Source: Candidatus Pacearchaeota archaeon
GTDB taxonomy: Archaea; Nanobdellota; Nanobdellia; Pacearchaeales; GW2011-AR1
Direction: 5' to 3'
NCBI GenBank assembly: GCA_023142835.1
Contig: JAGLIS010000023.1
Location: forward strand, 1-48,659
Length of the DNA stretch: 48,659 nt
A program made the position numbers and the translations under genes. Within the stretch, counting starts at the first letter, position 1. Each line of letters begins with the position of its first letter. Positions 35,377 through 45,181 of the stretch are shown here, one piece after another. Below the pieces are notes generated by a model. The model saw only the letters and a program-made list of their open reading frames with translations, was not told where the DNA came from and made no database searches.

Positions 35377-36529
35377 AGATAAAGTAGATTTGTTGAAGAA
35401 GAGTGAAGAAGTTGTTAAGTCTTTACAGTTAAAAAATGGAGGTATACTTGCAACTCCGAAAGATGCGGCTTATCCTTATATTTATACTCGGGATAGTGTT
35501 ATCATTAGTAAGGCTATGAATCGTATAGGGATGGCTGATGCGTCTGAAAAATTTTATTATTTTATGAAGAAGGCTGTTAAAATAGAAAATTACAAAGAGG
35601 TTTTTCAGAGGTATACTTCTTCAGGATTGCCTTCAGTAACAAGAAAGGTGCAAAATGATAATGAAGGATTATTGTTGCATGGGATATATGATACTTATTT
35701 ATATAATAAGAAAGAGACATTTTTAGAGAATATGTGGATGACTGTTGAACAGATTGTTGGGCTTATATTTTCTTATTCAAGGTCGGGATTAGTTAAAACT
35801 AATTCTAGTATTCATGAATTTAAGAAACTGGAAAAGGGATATGATCTTTGGGTTAATTGTGCTTGTTATCGAGGATTAAAAGATGCAGTAAAAATAGCTG
35901 AAATTTTAAATCATAAAAAAGAAAGTAAGGAGTGGGATAAAAAGGCAGAGAAAATAAAAAAGAATATTAAAAAAAGATTGTTCAATAAGAAACTTAAAGT
36001 TTATATTAAAAATAGGAGGTTTCCTGATTCTCCAGATATTTCTCAGTTGGCTCCATTTTATTTTGATGTTGTAGATGATAAGAAAATTTTAAGAAATACT
36101 TTGACTTATTTGCGAAAACATATTTGGGATGGTGAAATCGGAGGGTTTAGGAGATTTAGGAAATTTGAAGTTTGTGATGATTGGCATTGGTATACCGGTG
36201 GTTCTGGGAGCTGGTGTGTCCTTACTGCAATGGTCGCTAGATTTTATAAGAAGTTAAATAACAAGACAGGTTATAATGAATGTGTAAAATGGTTAAGGGA
36301 TGTAGCTTTTTTTTCTGATGGATTTTTACCAGAGCACATTGCGACTAAGGAAGAATATGATGATTGGAAGGTTCATGAAATTGAATTTAATTCTAGAATT
36401 ATAAATGAAATGAATAAGGCTGAAGAATCTGTTAAAAATTTTAAAGGGAAAAAGATGGTTTGTTGGGCGAATCCATTGGGTTGGAGTCATGCTGAATATA
36501 TTTTGTTAAGGAAAGGAGATTTGAAATGA
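35360..36529 (+). CDS. Glycoside hydrolase family 15 (glucoamylase-like)
   Basis: Y.YIYTRDS, QND, SIHE, LPEH, PLGWSHAEY; start could be 35345, 35354 or 35360. Confidence 0.85.
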   Translation: MVSNSKDKVDLLKKSEEVVKSLQLKNGGILATPKDAAYPYIYTRDSVIISKAMNRIGMADASEKFYYFMKKAVKIENYKEVFQRYTSSGLPSVTRKVQNDNEGLLLHGIYDTYLYNKKETFLENMWMTVEQIVGLIFSYSRSGLVKTNSSIHEFKKLEKGYDLWVNCACYRGLKDAVKIAEILNHKKESKEWDKKAEKIKKNIKKRLFNKKLKVYIKNRRFPDSPDISQLAPFYFDVVDDKKILRNTLTYLRKHIWDGEIGGFRRFRKFEVCDDWHWYTGGSGSWCVLTAMVARFYKKLNNKTGYNECVKWLRDVAFFSDGFLPEHIATKEEYDDWKVHEIEFNSRIINEMNKAEESVKNFKGKKMVCWANPLGWSHAEYILLRKGDLK

Positions 36530-37155
36530 AACCTCTTGTTGTTGTAAATTTCAAAACGTATAGGCAAGGGAAGGAAGCGATTAATTTAGCTAAGCAGATT
36601 GAAAGAGTTGATGGGAAAATTATCGTCGGTGTGCAGGCAAGTGATGTTTATGAGATTGTTAAGAAAACTAAATTAAAAGTTTATAGTCAGCATGTGGATT
36701 ATTTAGAAAAAGGACGAGCAACGGGATTTATTCTTCCCGAGGCTGTAAGGGGGGATAAGGCTATTGGGAGTTTTTTGAATCATTCGGAGCATAAGTTAGG
36801 GTTTGATGTTTTGAAAAAAACTGTTAAGAGATGTAATGAGGTAGGATTAAAGACTGTGGTTTTTGCTTCATCGTTGAGGGAAGCTTTGAAAATTGAAAAG
36901 TTAAAGCCTGATTATTTGGTAATAGAACCTCCTGAACTTGTTGGGGGAAAGGTTTCTGTTTCTGAATCTAAGCCGGAATTAATAGAGAAGATAAAGAAGA
37001 GTTTGAAAATGGATTTTCTCGTCGGTGCGGGGATTCATTCTTATGAAGATTTGAAGATTGCTATGAAACTTGGAGCGTCGGGTATTGCAGTTAGTTCGGC
37101 TATTTGTAATGTTAAGAATTCTGGGAAGGCGTTGAGGGAGTTGATTGGAAAGTGA
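36526..37155 (+). CDS. tpiA: Triosephosphate isomerase (archaeal type)
   Basis: VNFKTY, QHVD, LNHSEH, IEPPELVG, GAGI. Confidence 0.96.
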   Translation: MKPLVVVNFKTYRQGKEAINLAKQIERVDGKIIVGVQASDVYEIVKKTKLKVYSQHVDYLEKGRATGFILPEAVRGDKAIGSFLNHSEHKLGFDVLKKTVKRCNEVGLKTVVFASSLREALKIEKLKPDYLVIEPPELVGGKVSVSESKPELIEKIKKSLKMDFLVGAGIHSYEDLKIAMKLGASGIAVSSAICNVKNSGKALRELIGK

Positions 37156-37577
37156 AGGATAAATTATTGTTAAATATTTTGCATGAGGTGCAAGATAAGG
37201 AAGGTTATCTTTCTGAAAAAAGTTTGAAGAAGATTAGTGTAGAATATAATATTCCGATGTCTAAACTTTATAGCGTCGCTACATTTTATACAATGTTACG
37301 AACTAAGAAACAAGGAAAGTATGTTATAGAATTGTGCGGATCTCCGAGTTGTGTTTTAAATAAAAGTAGGGAGATAGAAAAATTTTTGGAGAGGGAGTTA
37401 AAGATTGAGATTGGTGAGACGAGTAAGGATGATTTGTTTTCGGTTTATAAGACTTCATGTATTGGGTGTTGTGATGAGGCACCTGCGATGTTGGTTAATG
37501 GGGAACCGTATACGAAGTTAACTGTTAAGAGAGTCAAAGAAATTTTAGAGGAATTAAGAAAAAATGCAAATTCTTAG
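37152..37577 (+). CDS. hydC: NuoE-like [2Fe-2S] hydrogenase gamma subunit
   Basis: SVATFY, CGSPSC...CIGCC.APAM.VN; GTGA overlap with tpiA. Confidence 0.92.
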   Translation: MKDKLLLNILHEVQDKEGYLSEKSLKKISVEYNIPMSKLYSVATFYTMLRTKKQGKYVIELCGSPSCVLNKSREIEKFLERELKIEIGETSKDDLFSVYKTSCIGCCDEAPAMLVNGEPYTKLTVKRVKEILEELRKNANS

Positions 37578-38679
37578 AGAGACAAAATTGGAAGGGTTGA
37601 GGTTGGCTAGAAAAGTTGGGCGACAGAAAGTTCTTGAGATTTTGTTGAAGAAAAAATTAGGAGGTCGGGGTGGTGCAAATTTTCCGGTTGCAAAAAAATG
37701 GGAGACAGCACTTGGTGTGAAAGCAGATGAAAGGTATGTGATATGTAATGCAGATGAAGGTGAGCCGGGAACTTTTAAGGATAAATTTATTTTGAAGAAT
37801 AATTTTGAGACGATGATTGAGGGATTGTTAATTGCGGCTTATGTTTTGAGAGCTAAGAGGTGTTTTATTTATCTTCGAGGAGAGTATGATTATTTGAGGG
37901 AAGAACTTGAGGAGAAAATAAAAGAAGTTTTGGAGAAATCTAAAATGAAAGTTTCGATTGAAATTGTTAGAGGTGCTGGGGCGTATATTTGTGGGGAGGA
38001 GACTGCGATTATACAGTCGATAATGGGGAATAGGGGTAGTTCAATGTATAAACCGCCTCATCCTACTATTTCGGGTTTGTGGGGTAAGCCTACTGTTTTG
38101 AATAATGTTGAGACATTGACTTGTGTTCCTCAAGCGTTGGTCTATGAGGATTGGAATCCTGATTATAGGTTGTTTTCTATTTCGGGAGATGTTAATCATC
38201 CAGGAGTTTATGAGTGGGAATTGGGAGTAAAGATGTCTACGATTTTGGATGTTGTCAAACCGAGGGAGAAAATTAAGGCAATGTCTTTTGGTTGTTTTGG
38301 GGGGATTATGCCAGTTAAGAAAAGTTCTTCTGTTTCTCAGGAGACTATCTGTAAGGGTAATTGTCAGCATGGTGCGTTTAGTATTATCTTTATTGGGGAG
38401 AGACATAATATCGTCGATATATGTTTGAGTATCGCAAAATTTTATACTTATGAGTCTTGTGGAAAGTGTACTCCTTGTCGGGAGGGGACGATAAGATTGG
38501 TTAATCTGCTTAAGAAAATAAAAAGTAAAAAGGTAAATGAGGGTGATATAAAATTGTTGAAGGAATTTGCAGAGCATATTCAAGAGACGAGCTTGTGTGG
38601 ATTGGGACAGTCTTGTGGGAATCATATATTGACGAGTCTTAAATATTTTAAGAAAGATTATATGAGGTATATAAAATGA
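37564..38679 (+). CDS. hydB: NuoF-like FMN/NADH-binding hydrogenase beta subunit (short form)
   Basis: GRGGANFP, CNADEGEPGTFKD, GAGAYICGEETA, ESCGKCTPCREG...SLCGLG. Confidence 0.93.
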   Translation: MQILRETKLEGLRLARKVGRQKVLEILLKKKLGGRGGANFPVAKKWETALGVKADERYVICNADEGEPGTFKDKFILKNNFETMIEGLLIAAYVLRAKRCFIYLRGEYDYLREELEEKIKEVLEKSKMKVSIEIVRGAGAYICGEETAIIQSIMGNRGSSMYKPPHPTISGLWGKPTVLNNVETLTCVPQALVYEDWNPDYRLFSISGDVNHPGVYEWELGVKMSTILDVVKPREKIKAMSFGCFGGIMPVKKSSSVSQETICKGNCQHGAFSIIFIGERHNIVDICLSIAKFYTYESCGKCTPCREGTIRLVNLLKKIKSKKVNEGDIKLLKEFAEHIQETSLCGLGQSCGNHILTSLKYFKKDYMRYIK

Positions 38680-40343
38680 GGATAATTCTTGATGGGAAAA
38701 ATTTGGAAGTTGATGGGGAAAAAACAATTTTAGAAATTTGTCAAGGACAAAATATTAAAATTCCTACGTTGTGTTATCATAAGAATTTATTTCCTGAGGC
38801 AAGATGTAGATTATGTTTGGTTGACCTTGATGGGAAATTGGTGACTGCTTGTTCTACTAAGGCAAAAGAGAATTCTAAAATTGTAACCTCTTCTGAAAAG
38901 GTTTTAATGGCTCGACGGAGAAATATGGAATTGATGAATCCTGGTGTTGATATTGGTAAGTTGTCGGATGATTTTGAGGCGAGGGAAATTTATGAGCAGG
39001 TTGGTTTGGATAATGAGAGATTTAAGCCGATAAAAAATTATCTTCCGGAACTTGGAGCTGCACTTGTCAGGGATAATAATAAATGTGTTAATTGTGGACG
39101 GTGTGTTCAGGTTTGTGAAAAGATACAGGCTATTTCGGCGGTTGATTTTGCGAGTCGGGCTCATAATGAACATGTGACTCCATATTTTGAAAAGCATTTG
39201 TCGGATATTGCGTGTATAAAATGTGGGCAGTGTTTGATTAATTGTCCTGTTGGGGCTATTTCTGAGAGGTCGCATTTGAAGGAAGTTGTTGAGGCGTTGA
39301 ATAATCCTAAGAAGCATGTTGTTGCACAGACGGCACCGTCGATAAGAGCGGCGTTGGGGGAGCTTTTTGGTATGGAGGCTGGGACATTGGTAACGGGGAA
39401 GATGGTTACGGCTTTGAGGGGGTGCGGTTTTGATAAAGTTTTTGATGTTGATTTGGGTGCGGATATGACTATAATGGAAGAGTCTGCAGAGTTGTTGAAG
39501 AGGATTGAGAAGGGAGGACCTTTTCCCATGATTACGACTTGTTGCCCGAGTTGGATTTTGATGATGGAACATTTTTATCCCGAGTTGATTCCTAATATGT
39601 CGACGTGCAAGAGTCCTCATGAGATGTTGGGGATGCTTATTAAAACGTATTATGCCGAGAAGGCAAATATAAATCCTAAAGATATTGTCGTTGTAAGTAT
39701 TATGCCTTGTGTCGCGAAGAAGTTTGAGTCTACTCGTCCCGAATTGAATACTGAGGTAGATTATGTTCTTACGACGAGAGAGTTGGGGAGGTTGATTAAG
39801 CAAAGGAAAATTGATTTTGTTAAACTTGAAGATGAGGATTTTGACCCGACTCTTGGGATTGCGAGTGGGGCTGGGGATATTTTTGGAAATGCTGGAGGGG
39901 TGATGGAGGCGGCTTTGAGGACTAGTTATGAGATTGCTACTGGGAAGAAACTTAAGAAAGTTGAGTTCGATAATCTTCGGAATTTTAAAGGGATAAAAAC
40001 TGGTTCGATTAAATTGAATAATAATGTAATAAAATATGCTTGTGCAAGTGGTGGGGCGAACATTAGAGAGTTGTTGAAGAATAAGGATAAGTATCAATTT
40101 TTAGAGATGATGGCTTGTCCTGGAGGATGTATTGGAGGGGGGGGACAGCCAATTTATTTTGATGATAAGGTTTTGGAATTGAGAAGTAAGGCGTTGTATG
40201 AGCAGGATTCAAAAAGGGAATTTAGGAGGTCTCACGAGAATCCGATTGTTAAGGAAATTTATAAGAAGTATTTGGGGAAACCGTTGAGTAAGAAAGCGGA
40301 GAAGTTGTTGCATACGAGGTATCGGGAGAGGGATGGGTTTTGA
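38676..40343 (+). CDS. hydA: [FeFe]-hydrogenase group A catalytic subunit
   Basis: H-cluster motifs TTCCPSW, MPCVAKKFE and EMMACPGGCIGGGGQP; N-terminal [2Fe-2S] and 2x[4Fe-4S]; small-subunit region SHENP...LLHT.Y. Confidence 0.97.
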   Translation: MRIILDGKNLEVDGEKTILEICQGQNIKIPTLCYHKNLFPEARCRLCLVDLDGKLVTACSTKAKENSKIVTSSEKVLMARRRNMELMNPGVDIGKLSDDFEAREIYEQVGLDNERFKPIKNYLPELGAALVRDNNKCVNCGRCVQVCEKIQAISAVDFASRAHNEHVTPYFEKHLSDIACIKCGQCLINCPVGAISERSHLKEVVEALNNPKKHVVAQTAPSIRAALGELFGMEAGTLVTGKMVTALRGCGFDKVFDVDLGADMTIMEESAELLKRIEKGGPFPMITTCCPSWILMMEHFYPELIPNMSTCKSPHEMLGMLIKTYYAEKANINPKDIVVVSIMPCVAKKFESTRPELNTEVDYVLTTRELGRLIKQRKIDFVKLEDEDFDPTLGIASGAGDIFGNAGGVMEAALRTSYEIATGKKLKKVEFDNLRNFKGIKTGSIKLNNNVIKYACASGGANIRELLKNKDKYQFLEMMACPGGCIGGGGQPIYFDDKVLELRSKALYEQDSKREFRRSHENPIVKEIYKKYLGKPLSKKAEKLLHTRYRERDGF

Positions 40344-40388
40344 GTTGGTGGTAGATAGATTTAAGATGTTCTTTTTCTTTTTAAAAAT

Positions 40389-40856
40389 ATGAAATGGGGA
40401 ATTCCTCCGCTAATTAAAGTTTATGAAGCTTTAGGTAGTATCGCCGATAAGAGGATAGAAATTGATGGATTAAAAGCCAAAGTTTATTCTTCGAGTAAGG
40501 GGAAATTTTATAATGTAAGGTACGAATCTGAAACTAATTCTATTATGGTAAATGACAATGGCTCGTATTATAAAGGATATTTGGGATATCCTGCAATTGC
40601 GTATTTGATGAAAATTGGAGAGCTTGAGTTTTCTGAAGAATATGCTGATGCTTTAGCGGGAATTGAGTGGAAGGATATCAATGTCAGGTTTAAGAATGAT
40701 TTTTCTAAAACACAAAAGTATGTGGACGAGATAGTTGAAAGTAAGGGTTTGAATTTAGGTCATTTCTATGATTATTTGGAAAGAGTTTTAGAGCAGATTA
40801 AATCAAAGGATTTGAATTTGTTGGGAAAGAAAGAAGGTCCGCCTAAGGGATACTGA
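40389..40856 (+). CDS. Hypothetical protein
   Basis: 155 aa; KVYEALG..AD, NDNGSYY.GYLGYP; no function assignable. Confidence 0.75.
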   Translation: MKWGIPPLIKVYEALGSIADKRIEIDGLKAKVYSSSKGKFYNVRYESETNSIMVNDNGSYYKGYLGYPAIAYLMKIGELEFSEEYADALAGIEWKDINVRFKNDFSKTQKYVDEIVESKGLNLGHFYDYLERVLEQIKSKDLNLLGKKEGPPKGY

Positions 40857-40909
40857 TTTCTACAATTCTAGATAAATAGTTTTTTAAACATCCTAAGCCT
40901 TTCGTTTCC

Positions 40910-41740
40910 ATGAAAGTTTCTAAGGGTGGTAAGATTATTGCTATTGATTTGGGGGGGACGAATATAAGAGTTGCTCTTATTAAAAACAAAAAAATTCTAA
41001 AATATCATAAGGAAAAAACTCCAAAAACTTTGAAGGATATTAATACTAAAATTTTTGAGTTTGTTGAGAGTTATATATCTGATGATGTGAAAGGTATTGC
41101 TGTTGCGGTTCCGGGTTTGTTTAAGGAGGGGGTGATAAAAACTTTACCGAATTTACCTATAAGGAATTATAATTTGGGAGGAGTATTAAAAAATAAGTTC
41201 AAAGTTCCAGTTGTTATTAGGAATGATGCGGATTGTGTTGCTCTTGCTGAATTGGAACTTGGATGTAAGAAGAAGAATTTTATTATTTTGACTCTGGGGA
41301 CTGGGATAGGTGGAGGGATTATTATTGATGGCAAACTTTATCATGGGGAAGGATATGGAGGAGAGCTTGGGCATATTGTTTTGGATGGTGGTAAGGATTT
41401 TGAAAGTTTGGCGGCGTCGAAGAGATTGCGAAGTGTGACGACTAAGGTATTTGGAGAGTCGAAATTGTTTAATGAATTAATAAAAATGAAAGATGTAAGA
41501 GCTAAGAAAATATTAGAAGAGTTTACGAAATATTATGGACAGGGGATTGCGTCGCTTGTTAATTGTTTTGATCCGGAGGTTGTTATTTTAGCTGGAGGTG
41601 TTAGTGAATGTGGAAATGAGTTTTTGAAAATGGTGAGGAAACATTCAGCTAAGTATTTTCATTTTCCAAAGAAGACTCCAATTTTATGGAGTAAGTTAAA
41701 ACATCCCGGAGTTTTGGGGGCGAGTTTGTATTTTGAGTAG
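40910..41740 (+). CDS. ROK-family sugar kinase (glucokinase-like)
   Basis: IDLGGTNIR, NDADCVALAE, LGTGIGGG, GELGH. Confidence 0.94.
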   Translation: MKVSKGGKIIAIDLGGTNIRVALIKNKKILKYHKEKTPKTLKDINTKIFEFVESYISDDVKGIAVAVPGLFKEGVIKTLPNLPIRNYNLGGVLKNKFKVPVVIRNDADCVALAELELGCKKKNFIILTLGTGIGGGIIIDGKLYHGEGYGGELGHIVLDGGKDFESLAASKRLRSVTTKVFGESKLFNELIKMKDVRAKKILEEFTKYYGQGIASLVNCFDPEVVILAGGVSECGNEFLKMVRKHSAKYFHFPKKTPILWSKLKHPGVLGASLYFE

Positions 41741-41776
41741 GAGCTATGTGATATATGTCTGTGGATTGTATACTAA

Positions 41777-42358
41777 TTACTTACACAATCCTCTATCATT
41801 GGGAACCCTTGTACCCTCAAAAAAAATTAACTTTGCCCACCCAACAAAAGGAACCTTAAACAATGCTTTTCCAACAAGTCTATCTTCTTCAATAATTTTT
41901 TCAGAACTTAACTGTCTAGAGTTAGTTTTATAATTATCTCCTTTCGTAGAATAAGTATCTCCAATCTTGATAACTCGATGAATCAAAGGATTTGCACTAC
42001 CTCCATTAAAAATAATTACATCTCCTATCTCGATGTTCTTAGCCTCAACGACGAAAATCATATCTCCTTTGTTAATCCCGTTTTTAAAATCCCAACCAAC
42101 TGTATCCTCTAATGTTATTCCATAATCTTCATAGACCTGACTTTCAAATGTATTCTCGAATCCTGCGTCGTGATGATACATAGAACAGCTTTCAACAATT
42201 ACTAATGGCAAACTCGTTCCAGTTACGAAAGAAAGTCCTGAGAAAAAAACAAATTTTATAATGATAAACGCCAACAACAATGTAACAGCGAAAGAAATCC
42301 AACTGTCTTCATGTAAAAAGTCCCAAAATTTTTTCCAATATTTCTTTAGATTCTTCAT
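41777..42358 (-). CDS. Signal peptidase I (Sec11/S26 type)
   Basis: TM segment, V.S.SM catalytic Ser, GD, IHRV, TKGDN. Confidence 0.9.
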   Translation of the reverse strand: MKNLKKYWKKFWDFLHEDSWISFAVTLLLAFIIIKFVFFSGLSFVTGTSLPLVIVESCSMYHHDAGFENTFESQVYEDYGITLEDTVGWDFKNGINKGDMIFVVEAKNIEIGDVIIFNGGSANPLIHRVIKIGDTYSTKGDNYKTNSRQLSSEKIIEEDRLVGKALFKVPFVGWAKLIFFEGTRVPNDRGLCK

Positions 42359-42456
42359 CAAAGGTAAAAACAAATTTGCTTTATAATTATATCTTTTTCA
42401 TAACTCTTGTTAAGTCGTGCGAGCGGAATGAAATGGGTGAGAGCCTGCAAGGCGGT

Positions 42457-42533
42457 ACTGAGCCGAAGGAGTTTTCTTTTGCTATTAAAAAATTTAAATC
42501 TTTTATTTTAAAGGCGGGATGGAAATGCGTGCT
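42457..42533 (-). repeat. Intergenic repeat R1 (inverted copy of R2/R3)
   Basis: actgagcc...ttttctt...aaaaatttaaatct...aaatgcg aligns with the reverse complement of R3 and R2. Confidence 0.6.
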
Positions 42534-42593
42534 TTCGTTTTTTTCTAAAAAAGAAGATAAATTTATTAACGAATTTCATTAAACTATATTAAG

Positions 42594-43454
42594 ATGATTG
42601 AAAAACGAAAAGGATTGATATTTGCAGTATTATCTTCAATTCTATTAAGTCTTTCTTACATATTCTTTACAATTTTGTTAAAAACCGAATCTATTTCTAA
42701 AGTCTTGTTTTATTGGTTTTTGATTGCGTTTATTATTTCTCTAATTTTTAGTTTAAAAGAAAACTTTAAAATTTTAAATGAAATTAAAAACAAAAAATTT
42801 CCTTTGATTATTCTTGGATTAGCTGAGGGATTAGCTTCAATTTTGTTTTTGACAGGATTAAAGAGTGTCGGACCAGTTTTGACTTCATTTATAACTCAGT
42901 TCACATTTATCTTTGTATTAATATATTCCATTATATTATTAAAGGAAAAATTCAATCTTCTTGAATTTCTGGGAATAATCTTTGCAATCGTAGGAGTTTT
43001 TATAATTAATTGGAACCAAGGAATTTCTGTTGTAAAAGGAAGTTTTTTAGTTTTATTGGCTTCTTTTCTCTTTGCCACTTCTTCTTTTGTGGCTAAAAAA
43101 TATATCAAAAATATATCTCCAAAAACAATTAACCTAGTTAGATTATTTTTTATTTCTCTTTTTGGATTAGTATATTCATTTATTCAAAAAACTAATTTAA
43201 CATTTGATGCGAACAGCATCCCCATAGTGATATTTGGGTCTTTCTTTTGTGCATTTTTAGGTTTTGAATTATTCTACAACTCCTTAAAATATTTGAAATT
43301 AGGAACTTCCAACACAATAAGGGCCTTATCCCCAATCTTTACAATATTTCTTGCATTTTTTATTTTTTCAGAGATTCCTAATTTCGTTCAGATTATAGGA
43401 AGTTTTTTAATATTGATTGGAATTTTATTATTAATAAAATGGCAGAAAAAATAA
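42594..43454 (+). CDS. EamA/DMT-family transporter
   Basis: About 10 TM segments in two repeats; LLKEKF, FSEIP..QIIG..LIL.G. Confidence 0.92.
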   Translation: MIEKRKGLIFAVLSSILLSLSYIFFTILLKTESISKVLFYWFLIAFIISLIFSLKENFKILNEIKNKKFPLIILGLAEGLASILFLTGLKSVGPVLTSFITQFTFIFVLIYSIILLKEKFNLLEFLGIIFAIVGVFIINWNQGISVVKGSFLVLLASFLFATSSFVAKKYIKNISPKTINLVRLFFISLFGLVYSFIQKTNLTFDANSIPIVIFGSFFCAFLGFELFYNSLKYLKLGTSNTIRALSPIFTIFLAFFIFSEIPNFVQIIGSFLILIGILLLIKWQKK

Positions 43455-44044
43455 AAACGATACTTTTTGATTTGGGGGGTGTTTATCTTAATAGGGGTAT
43501 TTGGATATTCAGAGAAGATTATCTTGTTAAAAATTTCAATGTTACAAATCAGCAAGTAATAGATGTAATGATCAAAAAATACTATAAACCATATTTTTCT
43601 GGGAAGATGTCTGAAGAAGAATTTTGGGAAAAAAGCTTAGAAGATTTAAATATTAAAGCAGATTGGAAAGATTTAAGAAAAAAATTATTAGATTCTTTTG
43701 AACCCCAAAAGGGAATGCCCGAACTTATTCGGAATTTAAGAAAATCTTATCGGGTTGGACTTTTGTCTGACCAAACAAAAGAATGGTGGCCATACTTAGA
43801 TAAAAAATACCAAATTTCAAATGATTTTGATTTCACAATAATTTCTTATAAAACTGGTTTCCATAAACCTCAATCTGAAATTTATGATATAGCTATAAAA
43901 GAATCAGGATGTAAACCTGATGGAATTTTATTCATAGATGATTTAGAACACAATTTAGAGCCTGCAAATAGTTTAGGAATGAAGACACTCTTGTTTGAAA
44001 ATCCGACTCAAATAAAAGAAGATTTGAAAAGAAAAGAAATATAA
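43439..44044 (+). CDS. HAD-family phosphatase (subfamily IA)
   Basis: LFDLGGV, KPQSEIY, FIDD...N...A..LGM. Confidence 0.92.
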   Translation: MAEKIKTILFDLGGVYLNRGIWIFREDYLVKNFNVTNQQVIDVMIKKYYKPYFSGKMSEEEFWEKSLEDLNIKADWKDLRKKLLDSFEPQKGMPELIRNLRKSYRVGLLSDQTKEWWPYLDKKYQISNDFDFTIISYKTGFHKPQSEIYDIAIKESGCKPDGILFIDDLEHNLEPANSLGMKTLLFENPTQIKEDLKRKEI

Positions 44045-44166
44045 ATCAGAAAAATTTGGTGAAGCCTAGACTATGTGTCTGAAGGACTAGCACGTTTTTG
44101 TTTGGAGTAGGAATATATATTGGAAATTTAAACTTTTAGTAGAAGAAAAAAGCCGAAGGCTTAGTT
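44041..44166 (+). repeat. Intergenic repeat R2
   Basis: ataaatcagaaaaa...gactagcac...atatattggaaatttaaactttt...agaagaaaaaagccgaaggcttagtt; direct repeat of R3. Confidence 0.85.
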
Positions 44167-44233
44167 AAATTTTCACGTTAATAAATTTCTCCGCAGGAGA
44201 CTATATATCTGAAGGACGAGGGGGATTTTTCGT

Positions 44234-45181
44234 TTAAACACCATATCTTGTTGGTTGAACCATTGAAAGAAGATATCCTCTATCCTCTGTGGTGGTAAGA
44301 AGTTCAGTTCTAAAGCCCACATCAGATAATAATTTTGTAATAGTCCATTCTGTAAACTTTACTGATCTTGATAGCAATATCTGTTCGTCTTTTTCCAATG
44401 TGAAATTTTCAGAACCGATTTTTACATTTGAATTCTTTTTCAAGATTACTTTAACTTCCACTTGATTCAATTTATCATTCCAAGAAACATCATATTCAGT
44501 ATCATTTCTTTTTATTCCAACGTTGTCTGGGATAAAATAAAGGAAATTCTCAGGGAGTTTTCCTTTGTAGTGTGGAAGAATTTTGTTTATTTTTGAAAAA
44601 TTTGTTAATTCAACCCCTAGGATAAAAAAGTCTTCCGAAGACATAGAATCTCTAAAGTTTGTTAAAACTCTTTGTCTGTCAGAATGGTTTCCTAATGTGC
44701 TTCCAAGAAACAATAATAAGTTTGAATAACCGTCTTCTTTTAATTCAAACATAATGTCTGAAAAATTTCCCATTTCGAAATCTAATTCAATTGGTTTAAT
44801 TTGAATATTTTTGTATTTATTTTTAACAAATTTTTCTGCCATACTTAACATATTTGAGCTTATGTCTATTGGGACATATCTTAATTGAATGTTTTGTTCG
44901 GTTAGAATATCTAAAATTGGAACTACTGGTTCTCCATTCCCACAACCAACATCAATAATGTTAAGTTTTTTGCAATTTGGAAAACTAGAAATAAAATTAT
45001 TTATCTTCTTTCTTAATAATTCAGCTTCAACAGAATTAATTCCATTAATTTTATCACTTCTTTGTTTTACTATTGCATCCCAATTTTTTGCCCCTTCATC
45101 TAAATAGGCAAATTTAAGAGGAATTTCACCTCTTCCCTTAATGGATGCAATAAGTTCGTATTGTTGTTTTTTGGTAAGCAT
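44234..45181 (-). CDS. EgtD-like (histidine N-alpha-methyltransferase family) SAM-dependent methyltransferase
   Basis: P.KF.Y...GA..W, DVGCGNG, Y.PIDIS, LFLGSTLGN, G.EL, S.KF, GF. Confidence 0.85.
   Translation of the reverse strand: MLTKKQQYELIASIKGRGEIPLKFAYLDEGAKNWDAIVKQRSDKINGINSVEAELLRKKINNFISSFPNCKKLNIIDVGCGNGEPVVPILDILTEQNIQLRYVPIDISSNMLSMAEKFVKNKYKNIQIKPIELDFEMGNFSDIMFELKEDGYSNLLLFLGSTLGNHSDRQRVLTNFRDSMSSEDFFILGVELTNFSKINKILPHYKGKLPENFLYFIPDNVGIKRNDTEYDVSWNDKLNQVEVKVILKKNSNVKIGSENFTLEKDEQILLSRSVKFTEWTITKLLSDVGFRTELLTTTEDRGYLLSMVQPTRYGV

Noticed and set aside
38041..40097. Long antisense ORFs (228 aa and 397 aa) opposite hydB/hydA, and the many other shadow ORFs in the track
   Set aside because: They fully overlap well-supported genes, have no motifs, and are explained by the strongly skewed codon usage.
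41741..41776. dif/Xer site at the apparent skew change
   Set aside because: No 11-6-11 inverted-repeat structure could be found.
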